Part shown: positions 17,757 through 26,979 of the stretch, piece by piece
Layout: every line of letters starts with the position of its first letter
How positions within the stretch are numbered: position 1 is the first letter of the stretch
DNA from: Candidatus Micrarchaeota archaeon
GTDB lineage: Archaea; B1Sed10-29; JAJSAI01
Assembly (NCBI GenBank): GCA_964625085.1
Contig: CAZVAJ010000005.1
Span: 17,875-48,126 of the forward strand
Direction of reading: 5' to 3'
DNA length: 30,252 bases
Position numbers and translations under genes: made by a program
Notes under the pieces: generated by a model
What the model saw: only the letters and a program-made list of their open reading frames with translations
What the model was told of the DNA's origin: nothing
The model's database searches: none

Positions 17757-18556
17757 GAATAAGGTATTATTTCCGGTTGCTTCGAGACATAATTAGGATA
17801 AGGTTTGCAAAAGTGAAAGAGTATCCTGCAGATTTTTTGACGTTGTTTATTACTGTACCTGCTTATCTGCTGGTCACTCTGTTCTTTTGGCACACGATCT
17901 TTTCTCACGTGCGCGTTATTGCAGGCTGGACATTGGCTGATGTAGTGCTTTTACAGGCGTTTATGCAGCTTGGGTTCGTGTTCTGGAACATAATGTACGT
18001 TTTTCCAGAAGAGTTAAGTGATATGATAATTTCAGGAGAGCTGAACACGGTTTTGTCAAAGCCAGCAAACCCTATCTTGTACATGATGCTTCTTTATTTT
18101 GATGTTGTGAATGGTTTGTGGAATATTCCAGAAGCTGCAGTATACTTTATTGCAGCGTTCTGGCTGGGTGCGCAGGTTTCTTTGACCGGACTGCTTGCAG
18201 GAACGTTTCTCATGCTTTTGGGCGTCACAATAACGTCTGTTATTGTGTTCTTGATAGAGTCTCTTAGCTTCTGGTTCGGCAGGACCAATCTGCTTGATCT
18301 ATTCTACAGGGCGTATTTCACTGTGGTGGACTACCCACTTGCTGTCTTTCCGTTGAGCGTGAAGTTCTTGCTTGTTATGTTCCTGCCAGTAGCGTTTTTC
18401 ACCACAGGCCCTGCACTGGTCTCATTAAGAGACTATCCTCTGACTGGAGTTGTTGGATTGTTTGGGCTGTCGTTATTGGTCCTTGGAGTATGGTTCTTGG
18501 CTGCATGGATTGCATGGAAAGCTGGTTTGAAGAGGTATGAAGCGTATGGCTCGTAA
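17753..18556 (+). CDS. ABC-2 family permease (DUF990/COG3694-like)
   Basis: Six TM helices, 'GELNTVLSKP', 'LSFW', 'YPLAVFP'; ATGA overlap with the ATPase. Confidence 0.9.
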   Translation: MRIRYYFRLLRDIIRIRFAKVKEYPADFLTLFITVPAYLLVTLFFWHTIFSHVRVIAGWTLADVVLLQAFMQLGFVFWNIMYVFPEELSDMIISGELNTVLSKPANPILYMMLLYFDVVNGLWNIPEAAVYFIAAFWLGAQVSLTGLLAGTFLMLLGVTITSVIVFLIESLSFWFGRTNLLDLFYRAYFTVVDYPLAVFPLSVKFLLVMFLPVAFFTTGPALVSLRDYPLTGVVGLFGLSLLVLGVWFLAAWIAWKAGLKRYEAYGS

Positions 18557-19331
18557 GTTTTTGGCTATGATGAGATTAGAGAAAGAGTTTTTTACAGCGT
18601 ACGCGCTGGGCGCGTTTTTCAACATTCTGGTCTTTCCAGTTTACCTTGCGGTGTACTACTTCCTTTGGTCTTATGTGTATGCGTCAGCATCATCAGGCAT
18701 GCCCATGGAGTTTAATGCACTGTTATTCTATTATGGGACTGTGTTTTTCGTGAACAGGTTAGTGCCTGACCGGGGCTTCGCAGGTAGTCTTGCAAGGGCT
18801 ATTCTAAAAGGGCGTGTAAACAGCAGGCTCGTTCGACCAATAGGGCTGCAAAGGCAGTTGATTTATTCACAGATCTCGCATTCAATAATAGGGGCAGTTA
18901 TTCTCCTGCCAACACTTGTTGCAGCGTTCTGGTTTTTCGGCAGGGGACTGCCAGTGGACGTGTTCTCTTTTGTCCTCCTGCTTATTCCCGCGTTTATAAT
19001 CTCCTTCCTAGTCTACTCTGTCCTGTGGGAAATTGCGTTCTGGACAGAGCACATCAGAGGCACTACTGGCGCGTTCCAGTACATCATACGTCTTTTTTCC
19101 GGGTCTCTTATCCCATTATCTTTTTTCCCAGGATGGTTCAAGAGCGTGTCAGGATTCCTGCCTTTTGAGTTCATGGCGGGCTTGCCTGCAAGAGCATTAC
19201 TAGGCGAGATTGGCTTCCAGCATGCTCTAGTGCTTTTCGGGATTGGAATGGCATGGGCAGGACTATTGTACCTGCTCACGCGCTTCATGCTTTCAAGAGG
19301 CCTCAAAAGATATTCGGGGTACGGTGTGTGA
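18546..19331 (+). CDS. ABC-2 family permease (COG4587-like)
   Basis: TM helices, 'ILKGRVNSRLVRP', 'FSGSLIPLSFFP', 'LPF', 'GLKRYSGYG'; start reassigned to ATG 18546 (GAGGT RBS). Confidence 0.9.
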   Translation: MARKFLAMMRLEKEFFTAYALGAFFNILVFPVYLAVYYFLWSYVYASASSGMPMEFNALLFYYGTVFFVNRLVPDRGFAGSLARAILKGRVNSRLVRPIGLQRQLIYSQISHSIIGAVILLPTLVAAFWFFGRGLPVDVFSFVLLLIPAFIISFLVYSVLWEIAFWTEHIRGTTGAFQYIIRLFSGSLIPLSFFPGWFKSVSGFLPFEFMAGLPARALLGEIGFQHALVLFGIGMAWAGLLYLLTRFMLSRGLKRYSGYGV

Positions 19332-19352
19332 GAAAAGTTTTTTCCACGAAAA

Positions 19353-19502
19353 TTAGGGCTTGGTTTTCAGTAGAATTATTTTTCCGGTTTCAATCTTTTC
19401 CAGAAGTTCTTCTAAAGGAAGGTTGGCAAGGGTTTCTCTTTCTTTTAGTGGAAGAGTTTCCATGTGCCTGAGTAGTTCCCCGATCCGTTTGTCCTCTTCC
19501 AT
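19353..19502 (-). CDS. Small hypothetical protein (49 aa), not in ORF track
   Basis: MEEDKRIGELLRHMETLPLKERETLANLPLEELLEKIETGKIILLKTKP; TATTTATA (19526-19533, - strand) lies 23 nt upstream; fills an otherwise empty 210-nt gap. Confidence 0.6.
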   Translation of the reverse strand: MEEDKRIGELLRHMETLPLKERETLANLPLEELLEKIETGKIILLKTKP

Positions 19503-19543
19503 TCGGAAAGATTACTGCACAGGAGTATAAATACTTCCTCACG

Positions 19544-20347
19544 TTAATTGACGTTATTTAGCAACTTCTTTTTGCGTTTTGGCAAAATCTCCTGAAGTGC
19601 ATTTTCTGTATTGCCTCTTATCGCTTTGCAAAGAAACGCTACTGTTTGGTCTATTGTAATGTTTACTACTTTTCTTGTGCTGAGGCTCATTGTTTGTGCT
19701 CCCAGCTCTTCTGCGAATGTGGAAGAGGTTCCCTTCAGCCGATTCCCCTTATCCACCAGGGAGAGTACCACGTAATTCTTGGAATAATCCATTCTGAACT
19801 CATGCTTGGAGTATGGGTCGAGCACTACAGTATTTTCAGGGTTCTGAGGCAAATTACTTAACTTATACGGCTTGAACATGGCTTTTTCAAATTTGTTGAT
19901 GGCTTCCTTGTTTACGTTGGTGTAAACACAGTTTGACAGATAGTACTCTCTTTTTATTATCCCACTTGCTCTGATGGTCTGGTCTATCGCACTGTTCTTT
20001 TCGTCTTCTTTCATGTTATCCCAGAATGTAAAGTCAAGATATATCTTCGGGGACTTTGGAATTCTTGGGAGGAGTGTTCTATCTGAGACTATTGGGTGTC
20101 CAGAATCTTTTTTTCTCAAAACGAAATCCGCAGAGATATTCCCTTTTCTTGAGAGAATGTTCAGAGTTTTGTAAGAGTACGCGTTCCTTCCGTTCAGTCC
20201 GAGTTCTGTTTTGTAAATGCACTTATTCTTGGTGAGTGTACTATTGACTGCTTCGCAAAAGTTCTTCTCTTTTGTACAATAAATGTTCCCTGCCTTAAGA
20301 AGTTCCAAAAGTAGGTTTTCTGGCAGGGTTATCATCCTATTCCACAT
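19544..20347 (-). CDS. trm10: Divergent archaeal Trm10-like SPOUT tRNA m1R9 methyltransferase
   Basis: PKIYLDFTFW..M...EK....DQ....GIIKR, VVLDPY and LVDKG match the archaeal Trm10 layout. Start 20347 or 20335. Confidence 0.65.
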   Translation of the reverse strand: MWNRMITLPENLLLELLKAGNIYCTKEKNFCEAVNSTLTKNKCIYKTELGLNGRNAYSYKTLNILSRKGNISADFVLRKKDSGHPIVSDRTLLPRIPKSPKIYLDFTFWDNMKEDEKNSAIDQTIRASGIIKREYYLSNCVYTNVNKEAINKFEKAMFKPYKLSNLPQNPENTVVLDPYSKHEFRMDYSKNYVVLSLVDKGNRLKGTSSTFAEELGAQTMSLSTRKVVNITIDQTVAFLCKAIRGNTENALQEILPKRKKKLLNNVN

Positions 20348-20361
20348 CTTTTCCGCATGAT

Positions 20362-20982
20362 TCACAAGGTTATTATTCTGGCGTCTACGGCGGTGCAGTC
20401 TTTTTTGGTGCACATGACTGGATTCATGTCGAACTCTTGAATTCTGGGATCGTTGAAAAGAGTGCTTGCTTTCACGATCGTGTCAGCCAGTTTTTTCAGA
20501 TTTACTCCCTGTTTTCCTCTGTAACCTTTCAGTACAGGATAGGCTTTGATCTCTTTGATCATCTCGGTTGCCTTGCGCTTGTTCACTGGCAGAATACGAA
20601 GAGAATAGTCCTGGAATATTTCAGTGAAAATTCCACCCAGTCCGAACAAGAGCACTGGCCCGAACTGCGGGTCTGTCTTGCCGCCGATTATTACTTCAAT
20701 TCCTTTAACCTGCTCTTGAACGAGCACTCCCAAAAAATCCTTTTTTCCTGCTTTCCGTATCTTTTCATAGGCCTTTACAAGCTCTTCAGGGGTCTTTATT
20801 CCCAGTACTATCCCTCCTTTGTCTGTTTTGTGCACTGGCTTTCTTGAAACGAGCTTAGCCACCAGAGGATATGTTAGTTCAGTGCTTTTCTTTAACAAGT
20901 CATCTGTTCTTTCAGCATACACCTGTCTTGGCACACTAATTCCCACTGACTCTGCTCTGGTCATTGCAGTGTACAAGTCCAT
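20362..20982 (-). CDS. acdB: Acetate--CoA ligase (ADP-forming), beta subunit (ATP-grasp)
   Basis: YPLVAK, HKTDKGGI, GVLVQEQ, DPQFGPVLLFGLGGIFTE, EFDMNPV, AVDARI. Confidence 0.92.
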   Translation of the reverse strand: MDLYTAMTRAESVGISVPRQVYAERTDDLLKKSTELTYPLVAKLVSRKPVHKTDKGGIVLGIKTPEELVKAYEKIRKAGKKDFLGVLVQEQVKGIEVIIGGKTDPQFGPVLLFGLGGIFTEIFQDYSLRILPVNKRKATEMIKEIKAYPVLKGYRGKQGVNLKKLADTIVKASTLFNDPRIQEFDMNPVMCTKKDCTAVDARIITL

Positions 20983-21048
20983 GATGTTAAAACTTCAAGA
21001 TGGTTTTTATACCTTTGTTACCTTAGATTTAGGAAAAATGGTGATAGG

Positions 21049-22344
21049 ATGAAGATCACGTTTTTAGGCGGGGCACGAGAAGTAGGAAGATCAGCTTTCT
21101 TGCTTGAGGAAGAAAAATCAAGGGTTCTGCTTGATTATGGCGTTAATATAGAAGAGGAGGAGATTCCTAAAGCTTTTCCAATACCCTTCAAGGGGTATGT
21201 TGATTCTGTTGTACTTTCCCACGGCCACCTTGATCATTCCGGAGCAATTCCTCTCTTGTACAGGGATTCTGAACCGCTAACGGTAATGACACCACCTTCA
21301 GTTCCGATTGTTGAACTTCTCATAAAAGATTCTTTGAAGATCGCTGACATTAATGATAAGTACCTCCCGTTTTCCGAGAACGAGCTAAAACGAATGATGC
21401 GCAGAGTAAGTTCTTTGAAGTACGAGAAGCAAAAAAGAGTATCTGACGGGGTTAATGTGAAGCTGCATGACGCAGGGCACATTATAGGCTCAAGCATGCC
21501 TGAGCTGGACTTTAAAGGGAGAAAGATCCTGTACACTGGCGACTTTAACCTTAGGCAGACAAGACTTCATGATCCTGCGTTTGCTGATTTTAAGCAGGGA
21601 GACATAGACGTTCTGATAACAGAGTCAACGTATGCTGACAGGATTCACCCGGACCGGAAAGAGCTTGAAAAGGAGTTCGTGCAGTCCTGTCTTGATGTGT
21701 TAGACGCTGGTGGGAACGTGCTAGTGCCTGCTTTCGCGCTTGGCAGGGCTCAAGAGGTTCTCATGATACTGGATGCTTATGACGTGCCATACCCAGTGTA
21801 CCTTGACGGCATGGCAAAATCAATAGCAGACATAATGCTTTCTTATCCAGAGTATGTGCGGGATCCAGACGCTCTTCAGAAAGCCTTACTGGATGCGAAG
21901 TGGGTCAAACACCCGAGCACCCGGAGGAAGGTGTTCAATGAACCAAGCATAGTTGTTTCGCCCGCAGGCATGATGCAAGGAGGGCATGTTGTGTCATACA
22001 TGACAAGTCTTTTGAAAAAGTCAACAAATCCTGCAGTGTTCCTTACAGGCTATCAGGTTCCAGGAACTCCTGGAAACGTGCTGCTTGAAGAGAAACGGTT
22101 TTCTGTAGATAACATTAACATAAACTGTTCAGGGGTTAACGTAAAGTACTTTGACTTTTCTGCTCACGCAGACCAGGCAGACCTGCATGAGATGGTGAAG
22201 CTGACCAGTCCGAAACTGGTTATAGTGGTTCACGGGGATCCTGATAAGGCGCCGGTTCTGAAACAGTGGGTTGAAGACGAGGTTGGAATCCCAGCCCTTC
22301 TGCCGAGCGTGGGGGATGTTATTGAGGTCGACAGGTACATCTAA
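21049..22344 (+). CDS. Beta-CASP metallo-beta-lactamase ribonuclease (aCPSF2-like, no KH domains)
   Basis: FLGGAREVGRS, SHGHLDH, AGHIIGS, YTGD, ITESTY, PAFALGRAQE, FSAHAD, VVHGD. Confidence 0.92.
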   Translation: MKITFLGGAREVGRSAFLLEEEKSRVLLDYGVNIEEEEIPKAFPIPFKGYVDSVVLSHGHLDHSGAIPLLYRDSEPLTVMTPPSVPIVELLIKDSLKIADINDKYLPFSENELKRMMRRVSSLKYEKQKRVSDGVNVKLHDAGHIIGSSMPELDFKGRKILYTGDFNLRQTRLHDPAFADFKQGDIDVLITESTYADRIHPDRKELEKEFVQSCLDVLDAGGNVLVPAFALGRAQEVLMILDAYDVPYPVYLDGMAKSIADIMLSYPEYVRDPDALQKALLDAKWVKHPSTRRKVFNEPSIVVSPAGMMQGGHVVSYMTSLLKKSTNPAVFLTGYQVPGTPGNVLLEEKRFSVDNININCSGVNVKYFDFSAHADQADLHEMVKLTSPKLVIVVHGDPDKAPVLKQWVEDEVGIPALLPSVGDVIEVDRYI

Positions 22345-22378
22345 GTTCTTTAAATCTATCCTGTGATGAAATAATACT

Positions 22379-23068
22379 ATGGCAAGCCGGTTCTGCCCCA
22401 AGTGCGGGAGCACCAGTAAACCCTTGTACAAGGGCTTCTGTAAAGAATGTTATCTGGAGACCCATCAAGTTGCGCAGTTTCCTAAAAAAGTTGTTATAAC
22501 CAGGTGTCCTGTGTGCAAGTCAATTTACGTTTCCAGGAAGCTGGTTCCCGGAAGCAGAAAGGTCATAGAAAACAAAGTGGCTGGAAAAATAAAAACAGAT
22601 CTTTTCAAGCCCTCTTTCTCTTTTAAGTGGAAGGATAAGAGAACTTTGGAGGTAATTGTTTCAGGTTATCTTGATCCTGAAATGTTTTTTGATGTATCAG
22701 TCTCCGGAACTGTGAGAATAGAGTACAAGGACAGGACCTGCTGGGTGTGTTCCAAGAAAGGCAGAGAGTACTACGAGGTAGAAGTTCAGCTCAGGGGAAA
22801 TGAAAAAAGGATAAGTGAAGTGCTTGACAACATGCTCAGGTTTACTGAACAGCTGGCAAAGTACTATCCTGAAGCAGAGCTCGTTTACTTGAAGAAGGCG
22901 AAAGGAGGAATTAATGTCTACTACGGGTACAAGCCAATAGCACTAAAAGTATTAAATTACCTGCATTCCGAGAAAGGACTGGACTACACGTCTTCAGAAG
23001 CAAAGCTTGTGTCGTATAACCCGAAAGGACGGCATGTTACCAGAAAGTCTTACTGCATAAGGTTGTGA
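22379..23068 (+). CDS. nmd3: NMD3 family ribosome-associated zinc-binding protein
   Basis: Four CxxC pairs (CPKC, CKEC, CPVC, CWVC) and YYEVEVQLRG. Confidence 0.85.
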   Translation: MASRFCPKCGSTSKPLYKGFCKECYLETHQVAQFPKKVVITRCPVCKSIYVSRKLVPGSRKVIENKVAGKIKTDLFKPSFSFKWKDKRTLEVIVSGYLDPEMFFDVSVSGTVRIEYKDRTCWVCSKKGREYYEVEVQLRGNEKRISEVLDNMLRFTEQLAKYYPEAELVYLKKAKGGINVYYGYKPIALKVLNYLHSEKGLDYTSSEAKLVSYNPKGRHVTRKSYCIRL

Positions 23069-23072
23069 AAAA

Positions 23073-23834
23073 ATGGAAGGGCTTTTCAATACTCCTGTGG
23101 AAAAAGCGAAAGTAGGAGTGCTTGGAATAGGTTATGAGGCCGGCAACTATGGAGTGCGGGGCACTGCAAGCGCGCCCAGTGTCTTAAGCCATTACCTACA
23201 GTATGCTGAAACTTTTGATCCTGCAAGAGGAGATCTGCTTGAACAGCCAGTAGCGTTTCTTGGGAGCATAAGGCCCTCAAGTTTTTCAGAGCTTGTTAAG
23301 GAAGTGCAGGCCAGAATAAACAGTGCAAGAGAACAGAATCCTGGCATTAATTTTCTATTCATTGGTGGGGATCATACTATAACACAGGTAACTGCAAGCG
23401 TTCTTGGTTCTAAGAAAATACTCTGGGTTGACGCACATCCTGACTACTATGATGAGATTGAAGGGAACAAGTTTGCTCAGGCAACCAGTTCACGCAGGTT
23501 GGTTGAACAGGGAGCAAGTATTACAATGAGAGGAATAAGGTCTGTTTCTAAGGAAGAGTATCATGCGCTTAATCATGATGAAGTAGACTGGTCTGATGAT
23601 CTTGAGTTTGGAGGGGAAGCAAGTTATCTCTCGCTGGATGTTGATGTTCTTGATCCTTCTCTTGTGTCGACATCCTGGCCAGAAGCTCCTGGAAAGCCTT
23701 TGTCAAGCGTTATCCGGCTTATAAAACGATCAAGGTTCAAGCACGCTGATCTTGTGGAATGGGTTCCTGATAAGGGCTGGCCTCAGATGCTCTCTTTGTT
23801 CAAAGAACTATGCTGGAGTCTGCTTAAGTACTAG
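23073..23834 (+). CDS. speB: Agmatinase-like ureohydrolase (arginase family)
   Basis: GGDHTIT, DAHPD, SLDVDVLDP, DLVE metal-binding motifs. Confidence 0.8.
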   Translation: MEGLFNTPVEKAKVGVLGIGYEAGNYGVRGTASAPSVLSHYLQYAETFDPARGDLLEQPVAFLGSIRPSSFSELVKEVQARINSAREQNPGINFLFIGGDHTITQVTASVLGSKKILWVDAHPDYYDEIEGNKFAQATSSRRLVEQGASITMRGIRSVSKEEYHALNHDEVDWSDDLEFGGEASYLSLDVDVLDPSLVSTSWPEAPGKPLSSVIRLIKRSRFKHADLVEWVPDKGWPQMLSLFKELCWSLLKY

Positions 23835-24418
23835 GCTTTTTTCTTAAGCAGGCGGTCAATAGCTTTGCCAAGCATTTCCTTTGCCAGTCTCACGCTCACA
23901 CCCTTCTTTTTAGAAAGGTCCATAACAAGAATGTTCAGTTCGTACTCTGTTTTTGGAGGTTCTTTTATGATCTTCTTCTCAAGTTGTTTGATGATCTGTT
24001 CCTTTTCTTTTTTTGTTATCTTCGGTCTTCTTCCGGCTCTTAAGGTGTTTAATGTTTCTTCATCTGCTTCTTTGTATAATATTTGTATTACTGTGTGAGG
24101 GCTTTTTCCAGTAAGCTTTCCTATGGCTTCTGCCGTTTTTTTCAGTCCTTTCCCTCTCATTTCTTCTTTCATTGCTTCTGCAAGGTCCAGAATTTCTTGC
24201 TTGGACACTTCTCTTTTTTCTGGTTTTCTTAACTTTTTTTCTGCGAGTTCTGGCGCTTCTTTTTTTATGGCGTAATACGCTTGCCTTGTTGAGCACCCTG
24301 TCTGCTCAGCCACTTTTCTTGAAAGCTGAAACAAGCTTGTTGTGTTTGGAGCAAGTTGTTTTGCAAGACCTGCAATCTTTTTTTGATCAGATCTTTTCAG
24401 TGCCTTTTTGGCCTTCAT
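23831..24418 (-). CDS. Basic hypothetical protein with three tandem HTH-like repeats
   Basis: Repeats LSRKVAEQTGCSTRQAYYAIKKEA / TAEAIGKLTGKSPHTVIQILYKEA / LVMDLSKKKGVSVRLAKEMLGKAI; Lys-rich. Confidence 0.6.
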   Translation of the reverse strand: MKAKKALKRSDQKKIAGLAKQLAPNTTSLFQLSRKVAEQTGCSTRQAYYAIKKEAPELAEKKLRKPEKREVSKQEILDLAEAMKEEMRGKGLKKTAEAIGKLTGKSPHTVIQILYKEADEETLNTLRAGRRPKITKKEKEQIIKQLEKKIIKEPPKTEYELNILVMDLSKKKGVSVRLAKEMLGKAIDRLLKKKA

Positions 24419-24450
24419 CAGAATATATACTAGGCGAACAGCTTAATAAT

Positions 24451-24672
24451 CTATACTCTGTCTATCTGAACCGTTTTCTCGTGCGATTTTTTGCCTTTGA
24501 CTATCTTGACGCAGGATTTGTTCACGCCAAAGTATTCTGCAAGCACTTCTATCAGTTGTTTATTTGCCTTGTCTTTTTCAGCAGGCGCAGTTAACCTGAC
24601 TCTGAGTCCGTTACCAGTTTCTGTTACTTGCACTCTTGAAGATTTTGGAAAAACCTTTACCGTAACAATCAT
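24451..24672 (-). CDS. DUF167 / UPF0235 (YggU) protein
   Basis: VKVFPKS, LTAPAEKDKANKQLIEVLAEYF, IVKGKKSHEK; TAATG overlap with the DUF763 stop. Confidence 0.92.
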   Translation of the reverse strand: MIVTVKVFPKSSRVQVTETGNGLRVRLTAPAEKDKANKQLIEVLAEYFGVNKSCVKIVKGKKSHEKTVQIDRV

Positions 24673-25733
24673 TAGCTCAACTTACTCTCTTTTGTTATAA
24701 AACTGTTCTCCGCAAGCTTTTTCAGCGCCTTCTTTTTTTCATGCCCTTTTACCTTATCAAGCGTTTCTTCCAGGAACAGGATATTCTCATCATACATTTT
24801 CCTGTTAACAGGGTATGGTATTCTGTCCTTGCCCCCGTGCGCGAAAGAGAACTTTACAGGGTCTTTCCATTCTGGTTTTTCCCCGTAAACCAGTCCTGCT
24901 ATCAAGGCAAGGCTCCTGAGCTTTTTTGGGCCCATTCCCCTGACTGCCACTAGTTCTTCGTAATCTGAAGGCTCCAGTTTTCTGACCTTCTCGAAAAATT
25001 TTTTGTCAGCTTCTGTCAGGTCAGAAGGCAGTATCTCATGCCTTGAAGGCATCTTTATGTTGGTCAGGTTCCAGTCTGCTTCTTTCACAAGATCAATGCA
25101 TGCCCTTCTGTTCTCTTCTCCTTTTCTTGCAGTAAGATCAAGCACGTTTTCTTCAGGCTTCCCGACTACGCCTGTTTGTGGTTCTACTACGAATGAGTCC
25201 ACTTTTTTTCCCAGCCAGTGGTACCTTCTCGCGGTTCTTAGTTCTTGGTTCATCCCTTGCTGTACCACGGCCCAGTTTCCTGTTTCAGCAAGGAAAAAAG
25301 AATGGTGGTACAACTGGTGCCCGTCTTGCACGAGCGAGTTATCCACTTTTGCGCTCATCCTGCTTGCTTTTTCCAGCGGTAGGGGATCAAGATCCCATTC
25401 TGTGGAAAGTTTTTTGATCTGTTCAGGGGTTTTCCTGCTCCTGAGACCTTTTCCTCCAAGCACCCTAACGCTCAGGCCCTGTTCTTTGAACCCTTCAGAA
25501 AGCGCACCGCACACAGTAGTCGTAAGCCCGCTTGAATGCCAGTCAAACCCTAGCACGCACCCGAGAGCCTGAAAAAACAAGGGATCTGCAATCCTTTTCA
25601 AGAGTTCTTGTTCCCCGTGCTCTTCTATTATGGCTTCTCCTATAAGTCCTCCTAACTTTTTCATTCTCCGGAACAACCAGGAAGGGCATCTTCCAGGGTG
25701 CAGAGGGGACTCCATGTAGCCTGTTCTTTTCAT
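24672..25733 (-). CDS. DUF763 domain protein
   Basis: LH.GRCPSWL, GFDWHSSGLTT, AKVDNSLVQDG.QLYHH, VVQQGMN, FSFAHGGKD. Confidence 0.92.
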   Translation of the reverse strand: MKRTGYMESPLHPGRCPSWLFRRMKKLGGLIGEAIIEEHGEQELLKRIADPLFFQALGCVLGFDWHSSGLTTTVCGALSEGFKEQGLSVRVLGGKGLRSRKTPEQIKKLSTEWDLDPLPLEKASRMSAKVDNSLVQDGHQLYHHSFFLAETGNWAVVQQGMNQELRTARRYHWLGKKVDSFVVEPQTGVVGKPEENVLDLTARKGEENRRACIDLVKEADWNLTNIKMPSRHEILPSDLTEADKKFFEKVRKLEPSDYEELVAVRGMGPKKLRSLALIAGLVYGEKPEWKDPVKFSFAHGGKDRIPYPVNRKMYDENILFLEETLDKVKGHEKKKALKKLAENSFITKESKLS

Positions 25734-25821
25734 CAGTTTTCATTACACTGTAAGGGAAAAGGGGATTTTCGGTCAGGGTACTGTGGGTGTCAGGTTTTCT
25801 TCCTGAACTTTATGAGTGAGT

Positions 25822-26979
25822 TTAACCTTCAGCACCCCATTTCACCAGAAGGTTGGCGAACAGTACCGGGACTATGAACTTGAACGCGATGCTGGAGGCC
25901 ACGATCACCGAGAACAATCCTTTGTCAACAACTCCCGCATTGTAGAGCATTGTTATGATTATAATGCTTGTGCTGAATCTTACTGAGAGGCCTATTCCCA
26001 AGAGGACTGATTTTTTAGTGCCAAGTTCTTTGTGTCCTGCGATCCAGCTTCCCATAATCTTTGCGCTTTTTGAGACCGCTACTATTATTATTACCAGTAA
26101 GGGATATGCTATCAGGTACTCCAGGTTCATTTCTGCCCCCACGCTGAGGAAGAATATTGGGGCGAACAAGCCGTAGCACACTGCGCGAACTTCATCCTCG
26201 ATTTTATGAAGCCTTTCTTTTGGGATGAATGTTTTTATGGAAACCCCTGCGATTAAGGCGGCTATTGCGGCTGAGTCAGCGTATTCTCCGACTCCTATGA
26301 ACAGGAAGAACAGTGCTATTACAAGGAAAAAGAGGGTCTCCACTTTGAATATTTTTATCTTCTTCCCTTCTTTTCTGAGTTTTGTCAAGGCGAACGAGAG
26401 TACTGCAAGTACTATTAATGAAAGCATGATGATGCTGAAGTTTACGCCTACACTGGTTTTTGATCCTATGAGCCCGACCGCGAGGACGAGGGTTATGAGC
26501 TCAAACACATCATCAAGGGTCCCTATCCCGATTATTGCTTGACCTAGTTTGGTGTTTACCATCTTGAACTCGTCTAGGATTGGGATGAGTATTGCTTCTC
26601 CTACTGTTGCGAACGAGAGGGCCACCACTATAGAGATGATCCACGTGTAGCCGAACAGGTAGTGGACTATCATGGTCCCGAAAAGCGCTTCAAACAAGAT
26701 TATGAACAGTGTTGATTTTACTATGAACTTGCTCGCTTTTTTGAACTCTCCGAGATCTATTTCAAGCCCGATCATGAAGAGCAAGAAGTACATTCCTAAC
26801 TCTGCCAGGAGCTTGAACGTGCTTCCGCTGGTCACGCTTTCAAAGGGATTGTAAACCGCGAGTCCTGTTCCGAATAGTAATGCTGCAAAGATCCATGGCA
26901 CTCTTATTTTTTCAAGCCATCTTCCCACTATAAAAGTGAATATGAACGCAAAACTCAAGAACAGAAACAGGTTCATCAT
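25822..26979 (-). CDS. Cation:proton antiporter (CPA2/Kef family)
   Basis: About 12 TM helices, LAELGMYFLLFMIGLE, GTLDD, FAPIFFLSVG; start reassigned to 26979 (ATGA overlap with nfo). Confidence 0.9.
   Translation of the reverse strand: MMNLFLFLSFAFIFTFIVGRWLEKIRVPWIFAALLFGTGLAVYNPFESVTSGSTFKLLAELGMYFLLFMIGLEIDLGEFKKASKFIVKSTLFIILFEALFGTMIVHYLFGYTWIISIVVALSFATVGEAILIPILDEFKMVNTKLGQAIIGIGTLDDVFELITLVLAVGLIGSKTSVGVNFSIIMLSLIVLAVLSFALTKLRKEGKKIKIFKVETLFFLVIALFFLFIGVGEYADSAAIAALIAGVSIKTFIPKERLHKIEDEVRAVCYGLFAPIFFLSVGAEMNLEYLIAYPLLVIIIVAVSKSAKIMGSWIAGHKELGTKKSVLLGIGLSVRFSTSIIIITMLYNAGVVDKGLFSVIVASSIAFKFIVPVLFANLLVKWGAEG

Noticed and set aside
22363..22378. Perfect C-box GTGATGA upstream of nmd3 (possible K-turn or sRNA)
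   Set aside because: No D-box/GA partner or closing stem was found, and it probably lies upstream of the TSS implied by the TATA at about 22349.
23831..24418. Transposase or IS element
   Set aside because: No catalytic DDE domain, terminal inverted repeats or target duplication visible.
25734..25821. Short hairpin TCAGG...CCTGA and repeated CCTGA in the DUF763-CPA2 gap
   Set aside because: Only a 5-bp stem and no C boxes; could be chance or a weak terminator.
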